A stretch of DNA of 58,354 nt from Octopus sinensis (Eukaryota), in NCBI RefSeq assembly GCF_006345805.1, contig NW_021833104.1, positions 1 through 58,354 on the forward strand. The letters run 5' to 3'. This document shows positions 40,480-52,514 of this stretch, piece by piece (within the stretch, counting starts at the first letter, position 1; each line of letters starts with the position of its first letter). The notes beneath the pieces were generated by a model, which saw only the letters and a list, made by a program, of their open reading frames with translations, did no database searches and was not told the DNA's origin. Position numbers and translations under genes: made by a program.

Positions 40480-41500
40480 TGCACACATATACGCATATAT
40501 ATATCTTCACATAAATACGCACATACATGTGTACAAATATATATTTACATATACACCAACTGAGGCACCAAAACATACACGACAATATGCAATTGCAATC
40601 TACAAAACACGCAACGCGCATGATCCACAAATACCCAATTCACAATCAATGCAAACGCACACAATCGACATACACACATACACATACATACACACATACT
40701 CACACATACACACATACATACAAACACACACACTCAAACACACAAAGAGCCATATTCCCATTATCACATACACATTTACAGACACGTACACATACACACA
40801 CCTAGGCATGCGTACATGCACACGCATGCATACACACACATATACATTTGCATACAAACATACACACACATTTACACGCACACACAAAGAGCCATACTGC
40901 AGTTGGCATGCACACATACACATGCACATACACACACATACACACATTCACACGCATACACACATACACACATACATATACATACAAACACAAATAAACA
41001 CACAGTCATATTCCCATTGTCACATACACATGCACACACACAAACACATATACACACATATACATTTACATACAAACATACACACACATACACAGGCACT
41101 CACAAAGAGCCATACTCCAATTGGCATACAAACCCATGCACACACACACACATGCACACATACACACATGCATACATTCACACATACACACATACATATA
41201 TGCTACAAACACTCATACACACACACAAAGAGCCATACTTCCACTGTCACACGCCCGCGCGCGAAACAGTGGACGCATGCAATCCACACACAAACACACA
41301 CACATACACAACATCCAATCTACACAAATGCACACGGAGAAGCCACACACACACACATGATCTACATACAAATATATACACACGCACAAACACACGACAC
41401 GCAAAGATGCATACACACGACACATACACATACACGACACAAACACGCATATACAAACACACGCGCACACACACACACACACACACACACGACTCACACA
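40480..41500. repeat. Cryptic CA-rich minisatellite
   Basis: CA-rich tract with a recurring cacaaagagccata(c/t)t motif near 40741, 40882, 41000, 41101 and 41224. Confidence 0.7.
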
Positions 41501-41553
41501 TACAGAATCCACACCGATCTGTACAGTCTGTGATAATTTATCTGTTCTTTCAG

Positions 41554-41608
41554 TGCAATCTGGCCTCGCTGGTAGAGTCCATCCCAACAGGGGGGTGGTT
41601 TGGTGTGG
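41554..41608 (+). other. Candidate 55-nt internal exon
   Basis: ttatctgttctttcag|TGCAATCTG...GGTGTGG|gtatgt in unique sequence. Two frames are open: CNLASLVESIPTGGWFGV and QSGLAGRVHPNRGVVWC. I recognise no family. Confidence 0.3.
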
Positions 41609-41894
41609 GTATGTATGACAAAAATAGATAGAAATAAATGTATTCCGATGAGTTAATAGCAAGTAATCTCCCTAGGAGTAAAATCAACATACAACAACCA
41701 ACACACACTCTCCTTCTTAGCTCCGCTTCAACTGGCGATGTGGCTTCTTTCACAAACCGGTGTTTTACTAACGTTCATTCTCACTGTCTCCCAGTCTCTT
41801 TTCACTTTCTCTTTCACGCACATGCATACACACACACTCTCCCCCTCTCTCTCTCAGTTTATTTTCTTCTCTCTCCTGCTCGCTTATATACATG

Positions 41895-41919
41895 GATCCA
41901 TCTATCTATCTATCCATCC

Positions 41920-42012
<93 letters not shown>

Positions 42013-42024
42013 GCTATCTATCTA

Positions 42025-42056
<32 letters not shown>

Positions 42057-42064
42057 TTTATCTA

Positions 42065-42095
<31 letters not shown>

Positions 42096-42131
42096 TTCTG
42101 TCTATCTATCTGTCTGTCTATCTATCTATCT

Positions 42132-42164
<33 letters not shown>

Positions 42165-42257
42165 TTATCTTTCTGTCTATCTAATCACACATCTATGTAC
42201 GTGTCTATGAGTATGGCCATGTAACTGGCGAAGCATATATACGTATATATATATATG

Positions 42258-42290
<33 letters not shown>

Positions 42291-42606
42291 ATGTATATGT
42301 ATCTATGTATATATGTATATATATATATGCATATATGGATGTATGTACATATATATGTCTATATATACATACACACACATACATATCTACATCTATGGAT
42401 CTTCCCTATGTTTGTTCCCTCTCTCTCTCCTTCTCTCCCTCTTTCTATCATATGTGTGTGTGTGTCTGTGTGTATGTATTTGTATTTATCTATTCATATA
42501 TATTTATATGTGTATGTGACCATGAATACATATATATCTATATGCCTAGCCATTTCTTAATATATATATCTCTCTCTCTCTATCTATCTCTCTCTATCTA
42601 TCTCTC

Positions 42607-42643
<37 letters not shown>

Positions 42644-42663
42644 ATCTATCTATCATCTATCTA

Positions 42664-42706
<43 letters not shown>

Positions 42707-43109
42707 TATATCTATTTATCTTTCCCTCTTTCTATCTGTCTAACAACATATATATCTCCGTGCCGAGCTCCATAACTCATATCAATTTCCTTAATACTTT
42801 TACCCACACTCCTCTATTTTCCGAGCTGTCCACCTTCATCCTGTGGGCCCCGTCCAACCTATCGCCTTATTACCACTACCTACCCTTCCCCGTTACAATC
42901 CTACCCCACCAACCCTTACCTTCCTCAATACTAATTCTAGAGCCTGAGAAATGGATTTTTTTTTTATATTTCTAATGAATGTCACACCCTCTTCCACCTC
43001 TACGCGAACTAGCGCCGTCGCTCTTGTCACGACCCTACTACATCTCCATGCAATTTTTAACAAGCCTTTATCCACTATCACCCATCCTTTCACACAAAGA
43101 ATCTTTGTA

Positions 43110-43162
<53 letters not shown>

Positions 43163-43306
43163 ATATCTATAAGTCTTTCGCATTATCTCATTGTGTCTTC
43201 CTATCTTTATCCTCCACACACTACCTACCAATCTCTTTCCCTCTCTCTCTATTTATCTCACCCTCTATATATATAAACATCCAGCCATCCATTTATTCAT
43301 CTATCC

Positions 43307-43349
<43 letters not shown>

Positions 43350-43365
43350 ATCTATCTATCTATCC

Positions 43366-43415
<50 letters not shown>

Positions 43416-43442
43416 ACTATCTATCTATCTATCCATCTATTA

Positions 43443-43475
<33 letters not shown>

Positions 43476-43562
43476 CATCTATCATCAATCTATCCATCTA
43501 TCTATCTATCATCTATCTATCTATCTATCTATATATCTATCTATCTATCTATCTATCTATCC

Positions 43563-43625
<63 letters not shown>

Positions 43626-43646
43626 CATCTATCTATCAATCTATCC

Positions 43647-43707
<61 letters not shown>

Positions 43708-43710
43708 CTA
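41895..43710. repeat. Long (TATC)n, (TC)n and (TA)n arrays
   Basis: Directly visible; source of the YLSI/IYLS ORFs. Confidence 0.9.
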
Positions 43711-43871
43711 CACAGATAAACACGCACACACACGCATGAATATATTACATCATAAAATATACTAAGAACCTGTATTCCTACGTCAAATCTGCTAGCTTCC
43801 GGTATACGGAGCTTTTAACTGGTAGCACTTGCATGTGCAAGTTATTTGCAAGACATATATATATATATATA

Positions 43872-44025
43872 GGCGCAGGAGTGGCTGTGTGGTAAGTAGC
43901 TTGCTAACAAACCACATGGTTCCGGGTTCAGTCCCACTGCGTGGCATCTTGGGCAAGTGTCTTCTGCTATAGGCCCGGGCCGACCAATGCCTTGTGAGTG
44001 GATTTGGTAGGCGGAAATTGAATGC
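43872..44025 (+). mobile_element. SINE family B head only
   Basis: GGCGCAGGAGTGGCTGTGTGG...GGCGGAAATTGAA, then microsatellite with no 3' module. Confidence 0.75.
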
Positions 44026-44402
44026 ATACATGCATTCATATACATACGCGCGTACATACACACACACATATATATATATATGTATATATGTATATATGTA
44101 TAGATATATATATATATATATTATATATATATATATGTGTGTGTGTCTGTGTGTGTTCTATACATATACAGCAGAATAAGAGATAAAGAGAAAGATCTTG
44201 GTACAGAATTACATATATTTGGAAGATTGAGTAGCGACGGCTTTTTGAGGGGATAACTTATATTTTAATCATAATCATTATTAAGATTAAAATAAAAATT
44301 ACCCCCTCAAGAAGTCATCTCTACTGAAAAATGTGTGTGTGTGTGTGTGTATGTATGTGTGTGTGTGTATGTGTGCGTGTGTGTGTGTACCTATACATAA
44401 AC

Positions 44403-44560
44403 GAAGGTGTGGCTTTCTATGCTCAGAAGCTTACTTCCTAATCATATGATTCTGGATTCAGTCTCACAGCCTGCCACCTTGGGCAAGTGTCTTCTACGAT
44501 AGCATCGGGCCGACCAAATCCTTGCGAGTGGATTCGTTAGACGGAAACTAAAAGCTCCCC
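44403..44560 (+). mobile_element. Old SINE family B head
   Basis: Diverged head ending gacggaaactaaaagctccccg. Confidence 0.6.
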
Positions 44561-44673
44561 GTATACATATATACGTATATATATATACATATATATATAT
44601 ACACACATATATATATATGTATATGTATGTATGTATGCATGTATGCATGTATATGTATATGTATGTATGTATG

Positions 44674-45155
44674 AAGCAGGCAGATCTCCCTAGCACCATC
44701 ACGATCATGCGCAAGGCCCAGCTGAGATGGGCAGGCCACGTCTCCCGCATGTCCGACACTCGCATCCAAAAACAGCTCTTCTTCGGTTAACTCAGCCAGG
44801 GCAAAGTCGGAGGGCAGAAGAAGCGCTTCAAGGACAGTCTCAAAGTCTCTCTCAAAGATTTCTCCATCGGCACAGAGACTTGGGAGACACTTGCTGCCGA
44901 CCGCTCAACCTGGCGCAGCGCAATCACTACAGGAGCAAAGACAGCCGAGGAGAGACGGATTCAGTCAGCAGAACAGAAACGCCAGATGCGGAAAACCAGA
45001 GCCACCTGCACCAATAGCACAGCCCCTACCCACTTCTGCCCCACCTGTGGGAGATGCTTTCTTACCCGGATTGGCCTCACCAGTCACCTCCGGTCACATA
45101 GCAGCAATTCCACCAAATGATGTCAATGGTCATCTTCGAACCCGAAGGACGAACA
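44674..45155 (+). mobile_element. RTE-clade LINE 3' end with a C-terminal C2H2 zinc finger
   Basis: MRKAQLRWAGHVSRMSDTRIQKQLFFG*...KKRFKDSLK...WETLAADRSTWR...FCPTCGRCFLTRIGLTSHLRSH; 3' hairpin tail GGTCATCTTCGAACCCGAAGGACGAAC. Confidence 0.9.
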
Positions 45156-45161
45156 TTATAT

Positions 45162-45972
45162 ATCTCTCTATATATAAACGGCAGTTTGTCTGTCTGTGTG
45201 TCTATGTGTCTGTCAGATTGTACCCTCACCCTGACCCCGGCTTTCAACCGATTCTGATGAAACTTGACACACACGTAGCCCAATGTCATAATTCAAAACT
45301 AACGCAGCGAAAATTTTGAAAAGTTCCCCCAGTTCTGAAAAAAAATCGATAATTTCGACATGGGTCGAGAATCTAAGCTTTTTATATGCAACACATTTTC
45401 TACAGACTGTCTAGGGGACGCAACTCGACCTTTTTAAATCTCAGAACACGTGGGGTAAGTATCCCAAAATGTATAAAAATGTACAAAAACGGCAAAAAAA
45501 GCGGGCAGCAATGTGAGTGACAACAACGAAAAAGTCAAAAGTGACCAAACTGAACAAACGAATGGAAAAGTTTTTTTGATGCACACGACAAAAGCGGTTT
45601 ATAATAAGCCAAGAGTTTGTAGCAAGTAGTGTCCGAGGACCCTTAGGGTACGTCAAAAAATTAAGGTAAAACGTTTGGGGTGGTAGTTATAAAGAAAGTG
45701 TAAACAAAAAAGTATTCGAATAACTTGCGGCTTGCAGCAGCTATTAGCAGAAGTGGCGGTGTTGGGGGTAAAGTCTCGAATGTAATTCTTCCTGGTAGGA
45801 ATTGGTTGGGTGAATTATCGATAGCTGTTGATAGTTATTTGGGAGTGAAGAGAAGACATTGCAACGTACACATGCGCCTTCGTTCCCTAGAGGGAAAGGA
45901 CTAGATTGGGATTAGTCGTTGCCTACTAGGGGCTCTTACATACCCGGGCAACGCCGGGCTATGCTGCTAGTA
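45162..45972 (-). mobile_element. Apparently complete non-autonomous rolling-circle element (Lep1/DINE-1/HINE-like)
   Basis: Minus 5' end TACTAGCAGCATAGCCCGGCGTTGCCCGGG contains a subterminal CCCGG/CCGGG hairpin. The 3' region reads CAAGTTTCATCAGAATCGGTTGA...ACAGACACACAGACAGACAAAC...TTTATATATAGAGAGAT. No ORF. Confidence 0.65.
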
Positions 45973-45979
45973 TATATAT

Positions 45980-46704
45980 AAAACAATAAGAGAGAATCCA
46001 CTATGTGGACGCTCTAACACTAGATATAGATACGCAAAGGGAATCCACCACCAAGGAATTGTTCTCAAGAATTAATTCAACACGCCAAGAACGTAAGCGA
46101 GCAGGACAAATGAAAAATAACGAAAAAATAGATTAACTCTATACAATTGTTTCATCATTAATAAATTATGTAATTTTACATACGAGGGCAGAACGAGGGC
46201 ATTTGAATGTAACTGTGAATATAATCGGCCGTACCGTTCGTCTCTGTTCAACCTCGTGTGAATTTTGCCGTGCGGTTCGACAGATTATATTTTGATGTCC
46301 TCTACTGACGATTCGAAAATACTTATGTAAGTAAAATTACATAATTTATTAACTTACATAAGTATTTTCGAATCGTCAGTAGAGTACATCAAAATATAAT
46401 TTGTCGAACCGCACGGCAAAATCCACACGCGGTTGAACAGAGACGAACGGTACGGCCGATTATATTCACAGTTACATTCAAATGCCCTCGTTCTGCCATC
46501 GTAAGTGAAATTACCTAATCTAATAACGATGAAACAATGGTATAGAGTTAATCTATTTTTTCGTTATTTTTCATTTGTCCTGCTCGCTTACGTTCTTGGC
46601 GTATTGAATTAATTCTTGAGAACAATTCCTTGGTGGTGGATCCCCTTTGCGGATCTATATCTAGCGTTAGAGCGTCCACATAGTGGATTCTCTCTTATTG
46701 TTTT
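45980..46704. repeat. ~725-bp fold-back palindrome carrying split hammerhead halves
   Basis: Arms 45980-46330 and 46354-46704 are reverse complements around a 23-nt spacer. HHR 5' half CTCTA-CTGACGA at 46300-46311; 3' half GAAAC-AATG-GTA-TAGAG at 46531-46547. Confidence 0.85.
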
Positions 46705-46819
46705 GTATTAATAATATTTACTGTATCCCAGTCTTTTATACGCTAGACCACTTGGTGTTTAAATTGATGTTATTAATTAATATTCAATTTTTTCACCCTT
46801 ATTTTGACTTTAATATATA

Positions 46820-46852
<33 letters not shown>

Positions 46853-46958
46853 TATATAATATGTGTGTGTATGTATGTATGTATGTATGTATATATATAA
46901 TATATATATATATATATGTATGTATATATATATACATATATGTATGTATGTATGTATG

Positions 46959-47006
<48 letters not shown>

Positions 47007-47205
47007 ATATAATAATAAATATTAGGGAATAAATCCAAATTTACAGGGAAAAATCAGATTTAGGATTGAATCCAATTTTATAGTAAAATATAATATAATA
47101 TTAATTAGAGACAAAACCACTATTATGCAAATCAAACAAAGAAAGACTTAATCGAATACATAAAAAATTTTATAAATTAAATATAATTAAGATTAATTAA
47201 GATAT

Positions 47206-47251
47206 CCACTACGATCGTTTCTTGTCACTTCAATGGACATTCATCAGGTGG
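47206..47251 (-). ncRNA. Minimal type-I hammerhead ribozyme (left arm, one extra A before GAAA)
   Basis: CCAC-CTGATGA-A-TGTC(CATTGAAGT)GACA-A-GAAAC-GATC-GTA^GTGG on the minus strand. Confidence 0.75.
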
Positions 47252-47285
47252 TTTCAAGACCTTCTATGCATAGAAGGTCTTGAAA

Positions 47286-47330
47286 CCACCTGATGAATGT
47301 CCATTGAAGTGACAGAAACGATCGTAGTGG
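47286..47330 (+). ncRNA. Minimal type-I hammerhead ribozyme (right arm)
   Basis: CCAC-CTGATGA-A-TGTC(CATTGAAGT)GACA-GAAAC-GATC-GTA^GTGG. Intact core, 4-bp stems I and II, palindromic stem III ACGATCGT, predicted cut after 47326. Confidence 0.85.
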
Positions 47331-47457
47331 ATATCTTAATTAATCTTAATTATATTTAATTTATATAAAATTTTTATGTATTGGATTAAGTCTTTCTTGT
47401 TTGATTTGCATAATAGTGGTTTTGTCTCTAATTAATATATATATATATATATATATG

Positions 47458-47515
<58 letters not shown>

Positions 47516-47589
47516 TGTATGTATGCGTTGTATATATATATATGGTGTGTGTGTGTATGTATGTATGTATGTATGCATGTATGTATACG

Positions 47590-48090
47590 TGCAGTTTTGT
47601 AAATTTTGTTTCATGTATGTATTCTTATGCATATAGTCGCATATTTAGGCATGCTCATATATATTTAAATGATATACTTCAGGGAAGTATTGCAGAGTTT
47701 TACAGTTCCAGTGATAGATTGGATATGTAGTCTTCGAAGTAGCTTTCTACTTTCTAGTTTGAGGAAGCCTAATTTCTCAAGATTGGTATTTGGGTAGTGA
47801 GTTAAATATTGTAGGCCCTCAATTATTACAGGTATAAACCTGAACTTGTAGTCTGGATAGAGAAACTTCAGATTTCTCAATAGTTCAGCGTGGATATTCT
47901 CTTTTTCACTGATCTTCAGTTTTATGTCAACATCCGCTGGGCAACTAATTTCCACCACTATGCAGAGTTTCTTTTCTTAATCCCAAATCATTATATCAGG
48001 CCTGTTGTGCTTAAATTTTATTGAGGTCTTTATTGGGACATTCCACTAATATTCCTTTTTGTTATGATTGGCACTGGTTTCTACACTACT
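47590..48090 (-). mobile_element. R4/Dong-like RLE LINE 3' fragment inserted in (TACA)n
   Basis: Minus strand KHNRPDIMIWD*EKKLCIVVEISCPADVDIKLKISEKENIHAEL... contains the PD-(D/E)xK nuclease; TACA repeats at both ends. Confidence 0.85.
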
Positions 48091-48239
48091 GTATGTATGT
48101 ATGTATGTATGTATGTATGTATTTATGTATGTATGTATATATGTATGCGTGCATGTCGTTTAAGTTCTCCTGCCGAATTACATTCGCTTCCATATATTTT
48201 ATATATAATATATATATATATTATATATATATATATATG

Positions 48240-48277
<38 letters not shown>

Positions 48278-48322
48278 CATACATACATACATACATACAT
48301 ACATACATACACATACATAAAA

Positions 48323-48553
48323 GGCGGCGAGCTGGCAGAAACGTTAGCACGCCGGGCGAAATGCGTAGCCGTATTTCGTCTGTCGTTAAGTTCCGAGTTC
48401 AAATTCCGCCGAGGTCGACTTTGCCTTTCATCCTTTCGGGGTCGATAAATTAAGTACCAGTTACGCACTTGGGTCGATGTAATCGACTTAATCTCTTTGT
48501 CTGTCCTTGTTTGTCCCCTCTGTGTTTAGCCCCTTGTGGGTAGTAAAGAAATA
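48323..48553 (+). mobile_element. tRNA-derived SINE family A, single full-length copy
   Basis: GGCGGCGAGCTGGCAGAAACGTTAG...GAGTTCAAATTCC...GTAGTAAAGAAATA, then TATAT. Confidence 0.9.
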
Positions 48554-48761
48554 TATATGTATGCGTGCAGAAGTTTCCACTCAATTATTTATTTTCCCTA
48601 AAATTTTCGTTGGGTCTTGCAACCTTTTCAGTAGGCGTTGACTCCGTTCTTTACATATATATATAGTCGTATATATAGTCGTATATCATATGTATGATAT
48701 ATGTATATCATATCACATATCATATATGCTAGCATAACACAACCAAAGCATTCTATAGGGG

Positions 48762-49780
48762 TTTAGTGGAGGGGAGGTACGACGACGAGCTCGGGGCGAA
48801 CCTGGACGTCGACGAGGAGTACCTGACCCGCCTGTTCGGGACGACTTTCGGGCCAGGGCCCATGGACAACTTCCAGAGATCCCTGGCCTGGCAGTGCTAC
48901 CGAGAAGCGCTACCCGTTCGGGATAAGCTCTACAGACACGGCTCGAGAAACACGGGGCCGACCTGCCCGAGATGCGGTCAGAGAGCGACGAAACCGTTCT
49001 GCACGCACTCGTTCAGTGTCCAACAATTTCCGACCTGTGGGCTTATGTCGAAACTGCTGTCACGTGTGGGACGAGTCGGTTTATCAGCTGAGTCTATCGT
49101 CAATATTGTCACGCCTCCTTCCTTCAAACGGGAAGGAAGAGCTATTTTCATCATCTTGTGGCTATGGCGAAAGAATGTATCTGGTGGACGCGTCTGAAAG
49201 GATTGGAGACAAACACTTTCCTCTCTGGTCAATCTCTCATCAACTTCTTCAAGTACCACTTGAAAAGGAAAGTGAGAGTAGAGAGGCAAGTTTTGTCTAG
49301 CGAATGTTTTAAAAAAAGATGGTGTGAATGTAGCAAGAATGGCACGTATGAATGACGAAGCCACCTTGAGCATAGTCCTATGAACCCAGAAATCGAAAAC
49401 AGAGAGTTGCTTATTTGCAAAAAAAAAAAAAAAAAAAAAGAAATATAAAATGTGACTTCATTGACCGAGGTTACCGTGGTCTTTTCCGTAGGCTTTTCTT
49501 TCCACGGGTAAACCTCACCTGTCCTCCCCTTTACACTTCATATTGACATTTCTGTGATAACGATCCCTATTGATCATTTTTTTTTCCTCTCCCCCTTTTT
49601 TTTTTTTTTTTTTAACACCCCTTTTTTTTTGTCCTCTTTCTCTCCTTTCACGATCCCTTTTGATCGAAACTCCCCCTTCCTTTTTTTTTTTTTTTAAACC
49701 TTCAAAAGAAAAGCTCTACCTTGTAATTTGTTCTATCTGTGTGCAGCCCTGTGTGGCTAATAAAGAAACATAAAGAAACA
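48762..49780 (+). mobile_element. Tx1/L1-clade LINE 3' fragment (zf-RVT region and 3' UTR)
   Basis: SLAWQCYREALPVRDKLYRHG...CPRCGQ..ETVLHALVQC (frameshifted) and WWTRLKG...FFKYHLKRKVRVE. The 3' end is GCCCTGTGTGGCTAATAAAGAAACA, then (TA)n. Confidence 0.8.
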
Positions 49781-49965
49781 TATATATATATGATATATAC
49801 ATGTTTGTTTTTAGAGACATAAATATATAGTTACTACATTTGTACGCACACACATATTCATATATATATATATAACACGCTAGCATATCTATGTAGTCGT
49901 ATATAGATACACACACAAACTTCCAAGCATATATATGAAGTTGTGTGATTGTCTGTGTTTGTGTA

Positions 49966-50017
<52 letters not shown>

Positions 50018-50645
50018 CGTGCGTGTGCATGTGTGTATCTATATACGAGTACATACATATGCTAATCTTAGCTATTTTTCCATCGACAATATAATTAATT
50101 GCATCATATCCTTTTTATGTATAAATCTGTTTCACTATATTAGTATACATGTAAGTCGGAGTATTTAGTTTTTCGTTTATACATAAAATAACAGCCATAT
50201 ATAAACGGACGTATAACGAAATTAAATATAATTTAAAAACAATTTCTACGAAGACCAGACATAAATTATATATAATATAACTTCATGTAAATTTCATTAT
50301 TTCTCCAATTGTCCAACATCTTTAGAAACCTAGATATGTTGGGGAATGTTTACAGGTTGCATATTGTTATAGATATATGTTTTGGTGTGTACGTATAAAT
50401 ATACTGTCATATATATATTGCATGTATGTATGCATGTAAATATATACATGTATGCGTGTGCGTGTGTGTATGTATGTGTGCGCAAGTATGCGTGAGTGTG
50501 TGTACATCAATTAAACAGACTAGAGTTGCACTTCAAGAGACAAGGTGTACATACCCGTATGTAAGTTCATCTCTCTATTCCTCTCGCGCTCTCTCTATAC
50601 ATACATACATACATACACACACATATATAAATATATATATATATG

Positions 50646-50693
<48 letters not shown>

Positions 50694-50831
50694 CATATAT
50701 ATGTATGTATATATATGCATATATATATATATAATATATATACACATATAATATACACACATACATATATATGTATGTATATATATATATATGAATATAC
50801 ATGTATACATATATATATTGCATATATACAT

Positions 50832-50888
<57 letters not shown>

Positions 50889-51477
50889 CACACACACATA
50901 TATATATGTACATGTATATATATGTACGCATACATAATACATACATACATGCGTATACACATATGCACATGTAGGAAATAGAAACATGCTCTCTAATAAT
51001 ATCTGTTGCTAAATAAAACGAATGTAAATAAAAACAAAATATATGCAATATACAATATACAAAATGTCAGATGACGTTTTACTACAATTATTACAAATAT
51101 GCTGACAAAGGGATTATTGTTCATATTTTGCAGAGATACACGAGAAATAACAACGAAGAATATAACATACACAAACAAACATCAAATAACAATATATTAT
51201 AAAGGCATAACACCTGTCATGAAATGGAAATGGATTTCATTCCATTCGCTAAATTACATTGGCATTGTGATGATGGAGGGAAAAAAACGGAAACAAAAGG
51301 AAAATGGCGAACAAATGCAAACATAGAACAACTGCAAGTTTGTCGAAGATGGATGCCGTCGATAGTCAGTAACTATTTTATAACATGTTTCCGGTTTATA
51401 CCGGATGTTAGTAATATTTCTCCTTGGCTGGTTAGCAGGCTGGTGAATGGCTAGTAGGTGTTGCTGCATGTAATCGC

Positions 51478-51690
51478 TTTTACTTGTCTTTTAAGAGTTT
51501 GGCTACAATTTATATTGGGGCACGGCCTTCAAGCGCTTAGTCGAACAAACTGGCCCCAAAACCTATTTGATTTTTTTTAGTCTGGTAGTTATTCAAGCAA
51601 TCCGTTTTGCCGAAATGTTACGTGACGGGGGTGTAAGTGAACTAACACTTGTTGCGAGCAGTGGAACACAAAACTCAAGCACACACACAC
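51478..51690 (-). mobile_element. Very old SINE family B 3' module
   Basis: Diverged ...ttagtcgaacaaac...gttttgccgaaatg...tgttgcgagcagtgg. Confidence 0.4.
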
Positions 51691-51814
51691 ATACTTGTTC
51701 CGTAGCGTGACAACAGATTGCAGCAGACGGTTGCCTGTGCAATGAGAATTAGCTGTGACTTTCCTGAATCAGTGTGCCGAGTGACATCACTGTTTTTTTT
51801 TTACTTCGCAAGTT

Positions 51815-51990
51815 GCGAATTTTACAGTAAACTTGCGAAGTCTGTTACTGAAACATTGAGCATGCTTCGGCAAGCTTACGGCAACGAGGCAATGGGTCGT
51901 ACGCAATATTTTAAGTGGCATGGGCGCTTCAAAATCGGAAGAACATCCTTGGAAGACGACGAGTGATCTGGAAGTCCTGCTACGAGCATG
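51815..51990 (+). mobile_element. Mariner transposase HTH fragment
   Basis: KLAKSVTETLSMLRQAYGNEAMGRTQYFKWHGRFKIGRTSLEDDE*SG.P. Confidence 0.8.
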
Positions 51991-52023
51991 ACTACCACAC
52001 AGTCACTCTGTGTCTATGTGTAG

Positions 52024-52445
52024 GTGTATATACTATATGGCTTAGAAACCTGGACGTTATCAAAGAAGCTTGAGAGGCGGTTGGATGGAACCTACACTCG
52101 CCTCCTTATGAGAGCTCAAAATCTCTCGTGGGAGCGTCATCCAACCAAAATGCAAATATATGGAAAACTACCGCCTTCGTCATCTCTTGTGAAAGGTAGG
52201 GGAGTCCAGTTTGCTGGACATTGTTGTAGAGCTGAAAAAGAAGTAATTTCTACTCTTCTCCTCTGGAAGGCGTCTACTCGCAATACCAGAGGGCGCACAC
52301 TTTCCTACCCTGATGTAATCTCCAGGGACACAGGCATCCAGCAACAGGACCTCCGTAATGCTATGATGGACCGTGAAGTCTGGCGTAGCATGGTAAATTC
52401 CATTGTCTCGACCACGGTCAAACAATGATGAATGATGATGATGTA
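52024..52445 (+). mobile_element. RTE-group LINE 3' end with a (TGA)n tail
   Basis: LYGLETWTLSKKLERRLDGTYTRLLMRAQNLSW...FAGHC.RA...MMDREVWR; the stop is followed by TGATGAATGATGATG. Confidence 0.8.
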
Positions 52446-52514
52446 TCTGGATGTAAGAATGGAGTGTCAAAGTATACAGACATGAGTTGCAAGGTGTGTC
52501 AATGTATAATATAG

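Larger units (their letters stand above)
47098..47438. repeat. 341-bp spacerless palindrome centred on ATGCAT (47266-47271)
   Basis: The arms differ by about five small changes that I could count by eye. Confidence 0.92.
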
